From positions 192,001-256,000 of the forward strand of contig JBEGVH010000009.1 in the NCBI GenBank assembly GCA_041178425.1: a stretch of DNA of 64,000 nucleotides. The letters run 5' to 3'. The DNA is from Pseudomonadota bacterium. GTDB lineage: Bacteria; Bdellovibrionota; Bdellovibrionia; Bdellovibrionales; Bdellovibrionaceae. The notes beneath the pieces are model-generated. The model saw nothing but the letters and a program-made list of their open reading frames with translations, was not told the origin of the DNA and did not search any database. The position numbers were made by a program, and so were the translations under genes. How positions within the stretch are numbered: the stretch's first letter is position 1; every line of letters begins with the position of its first letter. Of this stretch, positions 31,181-42,203 are shown one piece after another.

Positions 31181-33061
31181 ATGATTGACTCAAATTTAAA
31201 AACCGAAGACGAAGCAACGCCTCACTTAAACCCAAATTCCTCCTTAGATACCAGCAGGGATCCGGAGTTACATTGGTTCCAGACGGTCTACCAGGGTGAC
31301 ACCGTTCCTCAACTCACTTTTCGAGCCATAGCCATGGGTTCTCTCCTCGGCGGATTTATGGCGCTATCGAACCTCTATGTGGGTCTTAAAACTGGGTGGG
31401 GCCTTGGCGTCGCTATCACCGCTTGTATTTTATCTTTTGCTATTTATCGCACATTGATGACAGTTTTTCCCAAGCTTTTTCGTTCAGAGCTTTCGATCTT
31501 AGAAAACAACTGCATGCAATCAACTGCGTCTTCCGCTGGCTACTCCACGGGCGGCACAATGACTTCAGCTATTGCCGCCTATCTTCTCGTCACAGGCCAA
31601 CACATTCCTTGGGGCTTACTCGCGTGGTGGACTTTTTTCCTCGCCGCCCTTGGTGTTTTTATGGCGATCCCGATGAAGCGCCAAATGATCAATATCGAAC
31701 AACTCAAGTTCCCAAGCGGTATCGCCGCCGCCGAAACTCTCAAGAGCTTGCACTCACAAGGAACTGAAGCCGTTAGTAAGGCGCGATCACTGGGTGTGGC
31801 CGGAGCTTTTGGTGCTCTCATCGCTTGGTTCAGAGATGCCGGCAAACCTTTTTCTATTCCTGGAATGATTCCCTTTCCAGGTTCGATCAACGGAATCCCC
31901 TTAGCAAAATACACCATCTCTTTTGAAATGAGTGCCATCATGATCGCAGCCGGTGCTATCATGGGTTGGAAAATTGCCTGGTCTATGCTTCTCGGCGGAA
32001 TCATCAATTATGGATTTATTACTCCATGGATGGTTGAGCTCGGAGCTATCGATGCTACAAAAATTGGATATCGTGCCATTGTTAGCTGGAGCACGTGGAC
32101 AGGGGGCGCCATTATGGTTACCTCAGGCCTTATCAACTTTGCTTTTCAATGGAAAAGCATCGCGCGAGCGTTTGGTAGCTTTTCAAGTGTCTTCAAAAAA
32201 TCTAAGAACACTGACGCCACAAGGGATGCACTCGCTGCCATAGAAGTTCCTACGAGTTGGTTTCTTTTGGGAACTCTTATTTCTGGTCTTGGTTGTATTG
32301 CTATTCTTTATAACTACTTTGGAACTTCTCTCCTTATGGGAATCATCGCAGTACTTCTGACCTTCTTTTTGAGCCTTGTGGCGTGCCGAGTGACGGGTGA
32401 ATCCGATATTGCTCCCGTGGGTGCTATGGGAAAAATCACCCAGTTGACCTTTGGAGCCTTGGCTCCTTCTAATTTGGTTACCAACCTTATGACCGCAAGT
32501 GTAACGGCGGGTGCGGCTGGGAGTTCTGCTGATTTGCTAACCGACTTAAAGAGTGGGTACATTTTAGGTGCAAACCCACGAAAACAGTTTCTCGCACAGT
32601 TTATTGGAATCTTTGCGGGAGTATTGATTGTTGTTCCTGCGTTTTATCTCATTGTTCCTGATGCTTCGGTTTTAGGAACTGACACCTGGCCAGCCCCTTC
32701 GGCCCAAGTTTGGGCTTCAGTGGCAAAACTTCTCTCGGCTGGGATTCATTCTCTTCATCCAACAGCGCAAACAGGAATTCTTCTGGGAGGTCTGATCGGA
32801 ATTATCATTCCACTTTTAGAAAAAGCCTTCCCTAAAATGAGACCCTACATTCCGTCGGCTACGGGCCTTGGCTTATCAATGGTAATTCCGTTCTTTAACT
32901 CACTTTCAATGTTTATCGGAGCTCTCATCTCTCTGGTTCTTGAAAAGAAAGCTCCGGCCTTTGCCGATAAATTTATTGTTCCCGTGAGTTCAGGAATCAT
33001 TGCTGGAGAATCTTTGTTAGGGGTGGCTGTTGCACTCCTAAGCGCCAGCGGCTTACTTTAA
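31181..33061 (+). CDS. OPT family oligopeptide transporter
   Basis: QLTFRA, NLYVGLKTG, LENN, LKFPSG, DLKSGYILGANPR, SGIIAGES. Confidence 0.93.
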   Translation: MIDSNLKTEDEATPHLNPNSSLDTSRDPELHWFQTVYQGDTVPQLTFRAIAMGSLLGGFMALSNLYVGLKTGWGLGVAITACILSFAIYRTLMTVFPKLFRSELSILENNCMQSTASSAGYSTGGTMTSAIAAYLLVTGQHIPWGLLAWWTFFLAALGVFMAIPMKRQMINIEQLKFPSGIAAAETLKSLHSQGTEAVSKARSLGVAGAFGALIAWFRDAGKPFSIPGMIPFPGSINGIPLAKYTISFEMSAIMIAAGAIMGWKIAWSMLLGGIINYGFITPWMVELGAIDATKIGYRAIVSWSTWTGGAIMVTSGLINFAFQWKSIARAFGSFSSVFKKSKNTDATRDALAAIEVPTSWFLLGTLISGLGCIAILYNYFGTSLLMGIIAVLLTFFLSLVACRVTGESDIAPVGAMGKITQLTFGALAPSNLVTNLMTASVTAGAAGSSADLLTDLKSGYILGANPRKQFLAQFIGIFAGVLIVVPAFYLIVPDASVLGTDTWPAPSAQVWASVAKLLSAGIHSLHPTAQTGILLGGLIGIIIPLLEKAFPKMRPYIPSATGLGLSMVIPFFNSLSMFIGALISLVLEKKAPAFADKFIVPVSSGIIAGESLLGVAVALLSASGLL

Positions 33062-33077
33062 CTAAATAAATCATTTG

Positions 33078-33113
33078 TGGCTGTAGCCAGAGATTTTCTC
33101 TCGACTACAGCCA
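33078..33113. terminator. Hairpin between convergent genes
   Basis: TGGCTGTAG...CTACAGCCA. Confidence 0.6.
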
Positions 33114-33132
33114 TGATGGCCATCATCAATAA

Positions 33133-33639
33133 TCAGTGACCACTGCGCTTCATTTGTTTGCCTCGCATAGACCGAATCATCAACATACAGTTAAAAGCAT
33201 CTTCTCTTTGCGACGGTTGTAACACAGAGTAATTAACTTCCAGTGTAAGATCCTGACGAATCTTTAAATGCGCGGCGAGAGCAGAATTAACAGCGGATTG
33301 TGCTGCAGCTGCCTCTTCGCGATTTGAGTTTGCGTCTTTAAACGTATGTCCCAGTGTCAGCATGGCTTTTTTAAGATCGGCTTCCGTTTGGATAGCCTTC
33401 TGTTTAGCCTCGTACACCATTTCTTTGATGGTCGACTTTTGTGAATCACTCAAGCTGACTTTAGCACAAGGCCCTTTCATCTTAGCCGAGTGTTCATCCT
33501 TTTGTTGCTCCCCAGTCTGCGAAGCCTGACTCCCCTGAACTAAATAAGACTCCGAAAACAGGGCTTCCGAAGGTTCTGCCGAAGCGAGAGACCAGACCGG
33601 GGCCAAACAAAACGTTAATGCCAATAGTTTATTTTTCAT
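33133..33639 (-). CDS. Spy/CpxP-like periplasmic protein
   Basis: Signal peptide; LSDSQK and LQPSQR (LTxxQ-like) motifs; RBS GGAGG. Confidence 0.65.
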   Translation of the reverse strand: MKNKLLALTFCLAPVWSLASAEPSEALFSESYLVQGSQASQTGEQQKDEHSAKMKGPCAKVSLSDSQKSTIKEMVYEAKQKAIQTEADLKKAMLTLGHTFKDANSNREEAAAAQSAVNSALAAHLKIRQDLTLEVNYSVLQPSQREDAFNCMLMIRSMRGKQMKRSGH

Positions 33640-33737
33640 AATTTCCTCCTCTGGAAAATATTTGAAGGCCATCATTGAGGAAGAACATTGGCTAATTATT
33701 AAAACGATATGATTGAATTATAAAAATAAGGATTATT

Positions 33738-34883
33738 TTACGCGCCGCCTGGTACGGGCACTGGAGACAATCCAGGTACCCATTGAAAATCGCGCTCGGT
33801 CTCACGCTTTTGTTCTTTTTGTGGTTTTTTGCCTGCCGGTCGTTTTTGATAGGCACGGTAAAAGAACTGCCAAACATACTCGCCAGCCTCTTTATCGAAG
33901 TAAACTATATGATCAAGGTAAAGCCGACGATTGAGGTTGCCAGCATTACTCACTTCTCGTGCCATTCTCTCATCGAAACGGTCTTTCAGGTAAAAGAAGT
34001 TGCCGAAGGTCTTATCTAAAAAACTACCTCCTATTTCGGTGGTCGCCACTTGGCGAGCATAATCGACCGACGCAGGATCGTTAGACATTAACATTTGATG
34101 AAACTCAACAGGAACCATGATTGAAGATCCAGAAACAAAGATCTCGTTTTCGGACCGTTGATTATTATTTAGAAACATTTTTAGTTTATAAAAATTAAGA
34201 TCGAACTTTTCTTTATTGTAATCAAGCATCGGTTTCCAAAAGTCAGCTACGAGATTAGCAGCAAAGATCATCTGAAAAAAAATACTCCTATTGGTTTCAG
34301 TTCCTAAGTGAGAAAAATACTCAATAGCGTCATAACTAATGTCGATAAATGATGTGAGCATAAATAAGCCTAAAGCCTGACTCACAACCTGCGTCTTTTT
34401 CGACCAGGTTTCATTATACACTTTGCGATAGAGCGGCTCTAGCTCTTTACCCTTGACCTCTAAATAATCCATAGCTTTCTTGATGTCGTCTCCACGAATT
34501 TCATAAGAAATAATTTGTTGGTCGAGTTTAGTGCTTGTGAGATGCTCTTCGAGGCCATTGAGTCGATCGATGATTTGATTGGCTTTCTTTTTATCGATAT
34601 TCGCTAATGGGCCTGAATAGGCTAAATCTGAAAAACTTATTCCATCATTGGAACGGTCGCCAATTTCTTTTTGAATTCGATATTTGATATCTCGAAGGGC
34701 GGGCAACGGTGAATTTTTAACAGAGTGGTTTTTAAAATCAGAGTTCAGCATGACCTCACAGGTGAGGAGCTTAGACTTTCTGCCAAAAAGAGAGGGCGTG
34801 GCCCAAATGGTCGAATTGAAGAAAATTCCGCCGACTAAAGCTAGAGCGATTCCAGTTTTATGTAAAAATGCATAGGTCTTCAT
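33738..34883 (-). CDS. Hypothetical secreted protein
   Basis: Signal peptide; single Cys in TCEVML; two moderately hydrophobic internal helices; C-terminal PVPVP. Confidence 0.75.
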   Translation of the reverse strand: MKTYAFLHKTGIALALVGGIFFNSTIWATPSLFGRKSKLLTCEVMLNSDFKNHSVKNSPLPALRDIKYRIQKEIGDRSNDGISFSDLAYSGPLANIDKKKANQIIDRLNGLEEHLTSTKLDQQIISYEIRGDDIKKAMDYLEVKGKELEPLYRKVYNETWSKKTQVVSQALGLFMLTSFIDISYDAIEYFSHLGTETNRSIFFQMIFAANLVADFWKPMLDYNKEKFDLNFYKLKMFLNNNQRSENEIFVSGSSIMVPVEFHQMLMSNDPASVDYARQVATTEIGGSFLDKTFGNFFYLKDRFDERMAREVSNAGNLNRRLYLDHIVYFDKEAGEYVWQFFYRAYQKRPAGKKPQKEQKRETERDFQWVPGLSPVPVPGGA

Positions 34884-35184
34884 AAAAGTTCCTTTTCAAA
34901 TAAATAAACTTTATATGGGCTTTGATTTACAAAACCGACCACAGAAAGGCCATCAATAGTTGACCCCTGAAAAAACTTTTCACCGCTCTGGCAATATTTG
35001 TTTTTTGCATAATGTGAATTTATTTATTCACTGAGTGAATAGAAAAATTAAGGTTTTTTCCGATCGAAATCTGCCAAACGTCTCGAAATCGTGCGTTTTT
35101 AGAGTTCACCCTGTGGACTGGCTCGGTAAATTTCTTCGCAACCTAAAACCTTTGAGTTGACACAAACAAAAACGACCCAAGCAC

Positions 35185-35212
35185 TAAAGTAATTATCCAA
35201 TAATACCGATAA
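35185..35212 (+). promoter_or_regulatory. Sigma-28 (FliA)-like promoter
   Basis: TAAAG-N15-ACCGATAA ending 8 nt before ATG 35221. Confidence 0.65.
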
Positions 35213-35220
35213 TTTAAGTA

Positions 35221-38200
35221 ATGATATTCAGGACGAATAAATTCATTTTTGAGCGCTCTTTGAACCAGTTTTTACTGATGGTTTTGTCTTCTTTTTTTCT
35301 AGCATGCCAAATGGACGTTGCTGTTAATTACTCAGACGCATCCAAATCGTTTCGCATTGCAGGCACAGAAAACCTCGAAAAGATTTACATGAAAGGCAAC
35401 TCCAGTTTTCAAGTTGTCTGGGACCCAAATGATCTTTCGGAAGAAGATCAAGATATTATTTTTGAGCTCTCTCTAGACAACGGCAAAACATTTCAAATTG
35501 TTGGTGAGGCCAAACGTTTCTCGGGTTCAGCCCTCTTAAATATGCCCATCGCCAACACGCCCGGCGCCCTGATAAGGATGCGCGTATCTGCTCAGGTGCT
35601 GGGAACCACCAAGGTTTTTACCATCGATTCAACCGCTCCAGAAATCCGTTCGTCAACTGTCTTAGATGGGAGAGTGAGAGGGGGCGCTGAACAGACCTTG
35701 AATCTTATTTTGGCTGATAGTCTTTCAGGAATCAGCTCACTCCAAGTTGAATTTGAATCGACCGAAAGCCAGGTCATCAAAACCGTATTTTTAAATACGA
35801 TTCCTGCCGGAGACCTTGAGCGGCTTCAATTGAAGTTTTCCTTTCCCCGAGTCTCGAAGGAAGGGTTTTTAGTAACGAAGCTGTTCGATCGATCGGGAAA
35901 TATTTCAATTATCAAGAACCCTCTTAGCATCGACTCAACACCCCCCGACTCACCCAACTTCAATTTTGCAACTCCGTCACCGATTTCCACCAACGACGTG
36001 ACCGTACAGGTGAGTAACTGCGAAGTCGGTACGAAGATACTCTTTACAGAAAGCTCACTCCAACCAGAAACCAACAGCCCAGATTGGAAGACCTGTGAGC
36101 CCGATCAAAACTTTCAACTCACACCCTCGGACGGACTAAAAACGATTCGTGGCTGGTCTATGGACGATGTCGAAAACATCTCAGGGCAGCCCAGTTCAAA
36201 AACCATCGTGCTGGACAGCTCACCTCCGACACTTGCCATATTGAGCCCTAATATTGGAACGGTGATTAAAGGTGGCACTGAATACAGCCTCTCTTGGCTT
36301 GCTTCTGATGCCCTTAGTAGTTTTCAAACCCAACTCGAATTTTCAACCGACGGTGGCCTTACGTTTCAGGAACTCCCAAACGGAACCAATTCCAACACAC
36401 AACCTTGGACTGTGCCACTCATTGATACCAATCAAGCAAAAGTACGGCTACGAGCAACTGATGATGCCAATAATACAAGCTCTGTTGTTTCTACAAACTT
36501 TATTATCGACTCAACTCCTCCGATGATTACAGTTCCATCCTTGTCCAGCCTTCGCGGGGGAGCTGAGGCCGTGATTGAATTCTCAACTTCAGATAGTGGC
36601 AGTGGAATGGTCGGAGGCTTGTCGTCGGTTCGTTTTGAATACTCCGCTGATGGTATAAGCTTTGATCCAATAGCAACCGTCTCAGGACTTGCTTCCTCTT
36701 TTCGTTGGTCAGTTCCAATCACAAACACCGAAACGGCAAAATTACGAATCATCGCCGTTGATGCCATCGGGAATCAAAAAACCGAAACCACGGGCCCCTT
36801 CTCCATCGACTCCACCCCTCCGTCACAACCTACTTTTACCTGGGATACCCAAAGCCCAACGAATAGCCTCATCGTCAGTTTTACGGCCTCTTCCTGCAAT
36901 GATATTGCTGGGTATTATGTTAACCTGGGAAGCCCGCCTACAGGAAATGAAGGGGGCTGGAGGCTCTGTAATACAACGGCTGGAGGTTTATCTTATATAA
37001 CTTCGGGATTGATCGATGGTGATCAAACTTTTTTTGTTTGGGTCAAGGATGCCGTCGGTAATATTAACCCCGTTTCTTCTCAAATGAATTTCGTTTACGA
37101 TACCACTGCACCTGCACTTCAACTTCTGTCGCCGTCGTCGTCTTTATCTCTTGCTGGCGAAAAGCAACTCTCAGTGTCCTGGGAAGCCAGCGACGCGCAC
37201 TTTGGTTTAAAACCAATGAAGCTTGAATACTCCTCAACGGGCACCAGCCCGTGGACAACACTCATCGCTAGTACGGAGAATGACGGAGCTTTTGTTTGGA
37301 CGATACCCTCTCTCGATTCTCAAAATGTTAAATTTCGGCTCACAGCCTCTGACCTTGCAGGAAATATATCACGGGTAGAGAGCCCAACCTTATCAATCGA
37401 CTCCACTCCACCTCAACCGCCATCAATAAGTTTAACGTCTTCTTCTCCCACCGCAAATCGTCGTGTAACGATGACAGTGAATAACTGTAGCGATATACAT
37501 AAGCTCGTTGCCACTGAAGGATTACCTCCCAATGTAGACGACGACGCCCTCTGGCACGAGTGTAGTACCGACGCCAACTCATTGGTTTATGATTTACCTA
37601 CGTCAGAGCAGGGTTCCAGAACCATTAATATTTGGGCTATAGATTCAGTAAAAAATGTTTCCCTATCGTCTACAGATATCACCATTATTTATGATGATGT
37701 CTCCCCTCAATTGACCCTGCAAAGCCTACCAAATACAATCAACAGCGGTACGAATATTACAATCACCTGGAGTATTACTGAGGCCACGATCAGTCCGAGT
37801 AAGTCTTTTTTAATTGAAGTTAAGCAAAATTCATCTGCCTCCTGGGAGACCATCGCAACGGTCGCTTCAACGCTCGGACCGCTCAGCAATAAAACATTTT
37901 CGACGACTTGGGCTGTCCCATCGTGGACCACGAATGACGCTAGAATTCGGATTAGCATTTCGGATCTAGCGGGTAATTTTAGTACCATTGAGTCCAACAA
38001 CTTTTCTATACAGTCAGGGTTTCCCAATCTTAATCTCACCGGAATTCCCGATGTGGTTAAGGGGGGTACTTCACTTAATCTCGAACTGATAGCGACCACT
38101 CCAGCAGGGCAACTCAATGAAGTGGTACTGAGTTATGCCGCCGATGGAATAAATTATACCAATTTGAGTTCCTGGACTCCTAATGCGATAAGTTTTTCAC

Positions 38201-41112
38201 AAACTTATGCCTTTACAGTACCACAAGCAAACACGAGCTCCGCAAAAATTAAACTTACAGCTACCAACTCGATTAACAAAACGGCCTCCAGTGAATCTAA
38301 TGCCTTTGTAATTGACTCTACGATTCCCTTAATGACGGCGAATCAATTCTTTCTCAACGGAGGCGCCACCACCACGACCACTAGCGCCTTCAAAGTTAGC
38401 TTGAAGGCTGCAGATAATCTTACTCCCATCACCGCTTTTTGCCTCAAAGCCAATTCAACGACTGCACCCACGAGCGAAGATAACTGCTGGCGATCAGTCT
38501 CTGCCTCCCCGCCCGGCCTCACACCAAACATAAATCTGAGTCTCGTGAATTTTCCATTTGCAGCGGGTGCATCTCCCGGAAGCTACTCTATCTATGCGTG
38601 GGTTAAAGATAAGGCTCAAAACATTTCGACTTTGTCGAACGCCGGCAGCGGTACCGTCGGACTCGATAAGGCGTCTATTAGTTACAGTCCACCAGTGGCA
38701 CCACTATTGATCAATTTGATCGCCTCAAAACGAAGTAATCCTGGTAACCCTCTCGATCCGATCGAAGATCTTTATGCCCCCGCAGGCACACCAATTTACC
38801 TCCGCTGGAAGGCAACCGATAATCAAACGCTTCCTGCAACTCCTATACAGGTCACATACACCCTTGATGGAGTCACTTTTTCACCAGTGGCAGCTGACCT
38901 TAGTAATGGCGTCAATGGTTCTTGTACCTTCAATGCGACCGATTACACAGGTTGCTTTCAGTTTGATTCTCCAACCACCTCGGCATTTTCTATTCGAGTC
39001 ACTGTAACAGATGCAGAAGGTGTGTCGGTGTCTGCGAGCTCACAGCCTCTAAACAGTAAACCATTGAACATTATCGCCGGCAACACCGATACCGGGCTCG
39101 GTGGTAGCGCCGCCCTAGCTGTTATTTTTCACCGAGAACGAGGTCCTGGAACTTGGAGCGGATCGGGCGGTTTTGTTGTTCGCAACGAAGGCGATATGTA
39201 TCTGATCGACGACCGAGGCCTAATGAAAGTCGATCTTTCAGATGGAATCTACAAACGATTCTTACCATACACTGGCTCCCACCAAGACGGCTCCATCGCG
39301 GCAGCGACCCTTTCGCGTTCACCCGTCAAAATTGCCCTCGATTTTTCTGATCGGTTGCTTATTTATGATAACGATCGAATTAAACGGGTCGATTTTAAAA
39401 CAAACACTATCAGCACGATCATCGGCGGCGGATCGTCAACAGCCAGCGGAACCAGCGCACTACAATTTAAGATCACACCTGTAGGATCTGTGAATGTGTC
39501 CTTCTATCCACTTCCGAACGGTGATATCTGGTTTCAAACAGGAGATGATCATGGACACTCGCGAAGTGGCGGCGCAAAAATGCGTATTTACAAAGCGAGC
39601 CTCAACCAAGTATTCACTCTCACCCCCACCGGCACGGGCTCGCTCGAAGACGCAGCTTTTGATCCGACAAATTACGGCATCTATAATTTTGGAATCGCGT
39701 TTAATCCCTCGACGTCAGAGGTCACGCACCTGAGATCCCGATCGATTATTCCAACTTCGGGCGGTCATATTCCCCGCAGTGTCAGTTACGACCCAGTCAC
39801 AGGCGTTACTAAGACGCCTCATGTTCCGTGGGTGAGTTACTGGAGCGATGATACCACTATCAATAGTCGCTCCGGCGAAATGTATGTGGTAAATAGATTT
39901 ACTTTGAATGGTTTATTTAAATATGTTCCCGCTACGAACAGTTGGACACGCCTCTTAGGGACTGGCACCAAAGGGCAATGCCCCGACGGCACGCCAGCAC
40001 TGAGTTGTAATATGGACATTGCCGACGCTTTTATTGGCGATCAAGATCGCATCTTTTTTCTAGATAGAGGGCGCATACGCACGCTCGATAGCGCGGGAAA
40101 AGTGGTAACACTCTACGGGCAAAATCTCTCTTTTGGTGATGGAGGGAATCCGAGCTCGGCCCGAATAAATGAGATTCTCTGGCTCGATATAACGAATGCT
40201 GGCTCGGTCATCTTTATCGACAATGCTGAATTCAAGATTCGAGAATTTAGCATGGGCAATCCCATCCAACTCCTCGCGGGAACTGGTAGTGATGCCGCCC
40301 CAAATACCTCTGACCCTGCAAACACCCAACCGGTTACAGTCAATTACTGGGGTGGGCACTATCCATTCGTTGCGAATCCTAGCAATGGAAATATTTTTTA
40401 CTCGCGCGGTGGGGGCGTTTTCTCAATGCTCGATCGCATATTGAACAAATGGGTTGATTTTGCCGGGACGGGCTCGACAAATGACGTCAATGCCGACGGC
40501 CTTTTAGGTAATCAAATCGCGATGAGTGGGTATCCTACGGGGCCCAATGGCTTCAACGGCTCACAGGTGTTACGGCACCGCCACGAATGGAATGGCACTC
40601 AATACACCGACGCTTTTTTAAAACTCTATGATGTGAACACAGGACAACAAAGCGCTTTTGCCGGTGTAACAGGTATAGGACTTGCTGGAAGTATTGACAA
40701 TTGTGCCGATGGCACTGCACTCACAAGTTGTGCCATGCCCCACAACCACGGAACGCTCAGCAAAATTCACTGGGATCAAGCAAACAATCGTTGGCTAATT
40801 CATCAAGCCGGAAGCAATCGTATTCGCACAGGTGTTACAGGCGGAACTATGCAGACCCTTGTCAATCTCCCCCATGGATCAAATGCCTTTGTTTATGTGC
40901 CAAAAGCCTCGGGGAACGTAGTCTATTACTGCACGAGTGGAAGACTCCACCGCTACAATCTTACAAGTGCCACTGATGATACTCTACCTTGGCCCGACTC
41001 GACCACCAGCTGCAGCGGATTATCTATGGTTTGGAACGCGAATCGAACTTCAGTGGTGTTTCCAATTAGGAAAAACAATCTCGGAGGGGTTGCAGAATAT
41101 ATTGATCCGTGA
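35221..41112 (+). CDS. Giant surface lipoprotein/adhesin: about 10 Ig-like repeats plus C-terminal NHL-like beta-propeller
   Basis: Lipobox FLAC; repeat linkers F-x-IDSTPP about every 100 aa; (T/L)xAGTG blade repeats. Confidence 0.85.
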   Translation: MIFRTNKFIFERSLNQFLLMVLSSFFLACQMDVAVNYSDASKSFRIAGTENLEKIYMKGNSSFQVVWDPNDLSEEDQDIIFELSLDNGKTFQIVGEAKRFSGSALLNMPIANTPGALIRMRVSAQVLGTTKVFTIDSTAPEIRSSTVLDGRVRGGAEQTLNLILADSLSGISSLQVEFESTESQVIKTVFLNTIPAGDLERLQLKFSFPRVSKEGFLVTKLFDRSGNISIIKNPLSIDSTPPDSPNFNFATPSPISTNDVTVQVSNCEVGTKILFTESSLQPETNSPDWKTCEPDQNFQLTPSDGLKTIRGWSMDDVENISGQPSSKTIVLDSSPPTLAILSPNIGTVIKGGTEYSLSWLASDALSSFQTQLEFSTDGGLTFQELPNGTNSNTQPWTVPLIDTNQAKVRLRATDDANNTSSVVSTNFIIDSTPPMITVPSLSSLRGGAEAVIEFSTSDSGSGMVGGLSSVRFEYSADGISFDPIATVSGLASSFRWSVPITNTETAKLRIIAVDAIGNQKTETTGPFSIDSTPPSQPTFTWDTQSPTNSLIVSFTASSCNDIAGYYVNLGSPPTGNEGGWRLCNTTAGGLSYITSGLIDGDQTFFVWVKDAVGNINPVSSQMNFVYDTTAPALQLLSPSSSLSLAGEKQLSVSWEASDAHFGLKPMKLEYSSTGTSPWTTLIASTENDGAFVWTIPSLDSQNVKFRLTASDLAGNISRVESPTLSIDSTPPQPPSISLTSSSPTANRRVTMTVNNCSDIHKLVATEGLPPNVDDDALWHECSTDANSLVYDLPTSEQGSRTINIWAIDSVKNVSLSSTDITIIYDDVSPQLTLQSLPNTINSGTNITITWSITEATISPSKSFLIEVKQNSSASWETIATVASTLGPLSNKTFSTTWAVPSWTTNDARIRISISDLAGNFSTIESNNFSIQSGFPNLNLTGIPDVVKGGTSLNLELIATTPAGQLNEVVLSYAADGINYTNLSSWTPNAISFSQTYAFTVPQANTSSAKIKLTATNSINKTASSESNAFVIDSTIPLMTANQFFLNGGATTTTTSAFKVSLKAADNLTPITAFCLKANSTTAPTSEDNCWRSVSASPPGLTPNINLSLVNFPFAAGASPGSYSIYAWVKDKAQNISTLSNAGSGTVGLDKASISYSPPVAPLLINLIASKRSNPGNPLDPIEDLYAPAGTPIYLRWKATDNQTLPATPIQVTYTLDGVTFSPVAADLSNGVNGSCTFNATDYTGCFQFDSPTTSAFSIRVTVTDAEGVSVSASSQPLNSKPLNIIAGNTDTGLGGSAALAVIFHRERGPGTWSGSGGFVVRNEGDMYLIDDRGLMKVDLSDGIYKRFLPYTGSHQDGSIAAATLSRSPVKIALDFSDRLLIYDNDRIKRVDFKTNTISTIIGGGSSTASGTSALQFKITPVGSVNVSFYPLPNGDIWFQTGDDHGHSRSGGAKMRIYKASLNQVFTLTPTGTGSLEDAAFDPTNYGIYNFGIAFNPSTSEVTHLRSRSIIPTSGGHIPRSVSYDPVTGVTKTPHVPWVSYWSDDTTINSRSGEMYVVNRFTLNGLFKYVPATNSWTRLLGTGTKGQCPDGTPALSCNMDIADAFIGDQDRIFFLDRGRIRTLDSAGKVVTLYGQNLSFGDGGNPSSARINEILWLDITNAGSVIFIDNAEFKIREFSMGNPIQLLAGTGSDAAPNTSDPANTQPVTVNYWGGHYPFVANPSNGNIFYSRGGGVFSMLDRILNKWVDFAGTGSTNDVNADGLLGNQIAMSGYPTGPNGFNGSQVLRHRHEWNGTQYTDAFLKLYDVNTGQQSAFAGVTGIGLAGSIDNCADGTALTSCAMPHNHGTLSKIHWDQANNRWLIHQAGSNRIRTGVTGGTMQTLVNLPHGSNAFVYVPKASGNVVYYCTSGRLHRYNLTSATDDTLPWPDSTTSCSGLSMVWNANRTSVVFPIRKNNLGGVAEYIDP

Positions 41113-41114
41113 AT

Positions 41115-41480
41115 CTATTTGGCATCCACTTTTAAACATTGGATATCGATCACTTCTTGTTCGGCAGTCTCAAAAAAACCATCGAGTTCTGGAAGAAAAA
41201 TACCAAGACCAACGGAGGCATTACTCTTGCCGATATCGCACGTAACACCAATAATGTCTTGCCCGTGCATTTGTGTGTATCGTTGTTCACAATTGGAATA
41301 GATCTGAGGTTCACCCGATCCGCGAACTTCCACAGTGCTTGGAATCCCCCCTTCGACCGAGGCCCCTTTGGCGCGTACAAGTACGGTTAATTTTTTATCT
41401 TCGCTCGAGCAATCAAAGGCTTTCGCCATCGCCGTACTGCCCAGAACAAAACAAAGAACTGCACAAATTGAAGCTTTCAT
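41115..41480 (-). CDS. Small secreted protein
   Basis: Signal peptide ending AMA; RBS GGGGG; 4 Cys in the mature part. Confidence 0.75.
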   Translation of the reverse strand: MKASICAVLCFVLGSTAMAKAFDCSSEDKKLTVLVRAKGASVEGGIPSTVEVRGSGEPQIYSNCEQRYTQMHGQDIIGVTCDIGKSNASVGLGIFLPELDGFFETAEQEVIDIQCLKVDAK

Positions 41481-41667
41481 AGGCCCCCCTTGAATAGCGT
41501 TCTGCCTATCTAGCGCCGTTTACCAGCTATGACAATCCAAAATCTAGATCCGAGGGTGTAATTTATCCTCGCCCCCTTTCTCACCGTCCTGCTAGTGTTG
41601 ACAGGCGAACGACCCATCCACTATCTCTTTTGGCTCCAAACTCGTTGGATCGTAGGAGACTAATATT

Positions 41668-42186
41668 ATGAATTTCTCTTTGGTTTTTGCCGTTGTCGTA
41701 GGGCTCACTTCTTTTGCCAATGCGCGAACCTTCTACAAAACTCAATGGGCTCAGTCTTTTAGCTATTCAAATGCTATTGCTGAAACAGCCGTACAAAAGT
41801 CACTAGAACTGACCGGCACGGCCACATATTCCGACGATTTTGTTTTTTGCCAAATCACGTTGGATGAAAAACGCATCCCCTGCCAGATGTTTACCGACCG
41901 CCCAGGAATTACCGCTTTTTTTAAAACGTCGGAATACATCACTCTTTTGAAAAACCACTCAAAAAAATTAGACCCCTCTGGACGCCGAACGCTTGAAATT
42001 GTCATTGCCCATCTAGAAAATGATGCGGCCGAAAAAAAGGAAAACGACAGAGAATCCTATGAAGGGATTCTCATAAAGATCTTGTTTTCTAAATACAGTG
42101 ATCGAATCACTCAATTTCATGACCCGGCGAGCGACTTTGAATCGGTTCACCGCCGAAGCTCAGCCACTTTAGTAAGAAGCTACTAA
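41668..42186 (+). CDS. Hypothetical secreted protein
   Basis: Signal peptide ending ANA; RBS AGGAG; TTGACA upstream. Confidence 0.75.
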   Translation: MNFSLVFAVVVGLTSFANARTFYKTQWAQSFSYSNAIAETAVQKSLELTGTATYSDDFVFCQITLDEKRIPCQMFTDRPGITAFFKTSEYITLLKNHSKKLDPSGRRTLEIVIAHLENDAAEKKENDRESYEGILIKILFSKYSDRITQFHDPASDFESVHRRSSATLVRSY

Positions 42187-42203
42187 GCTCTCACGCTGAT
42201 TCG

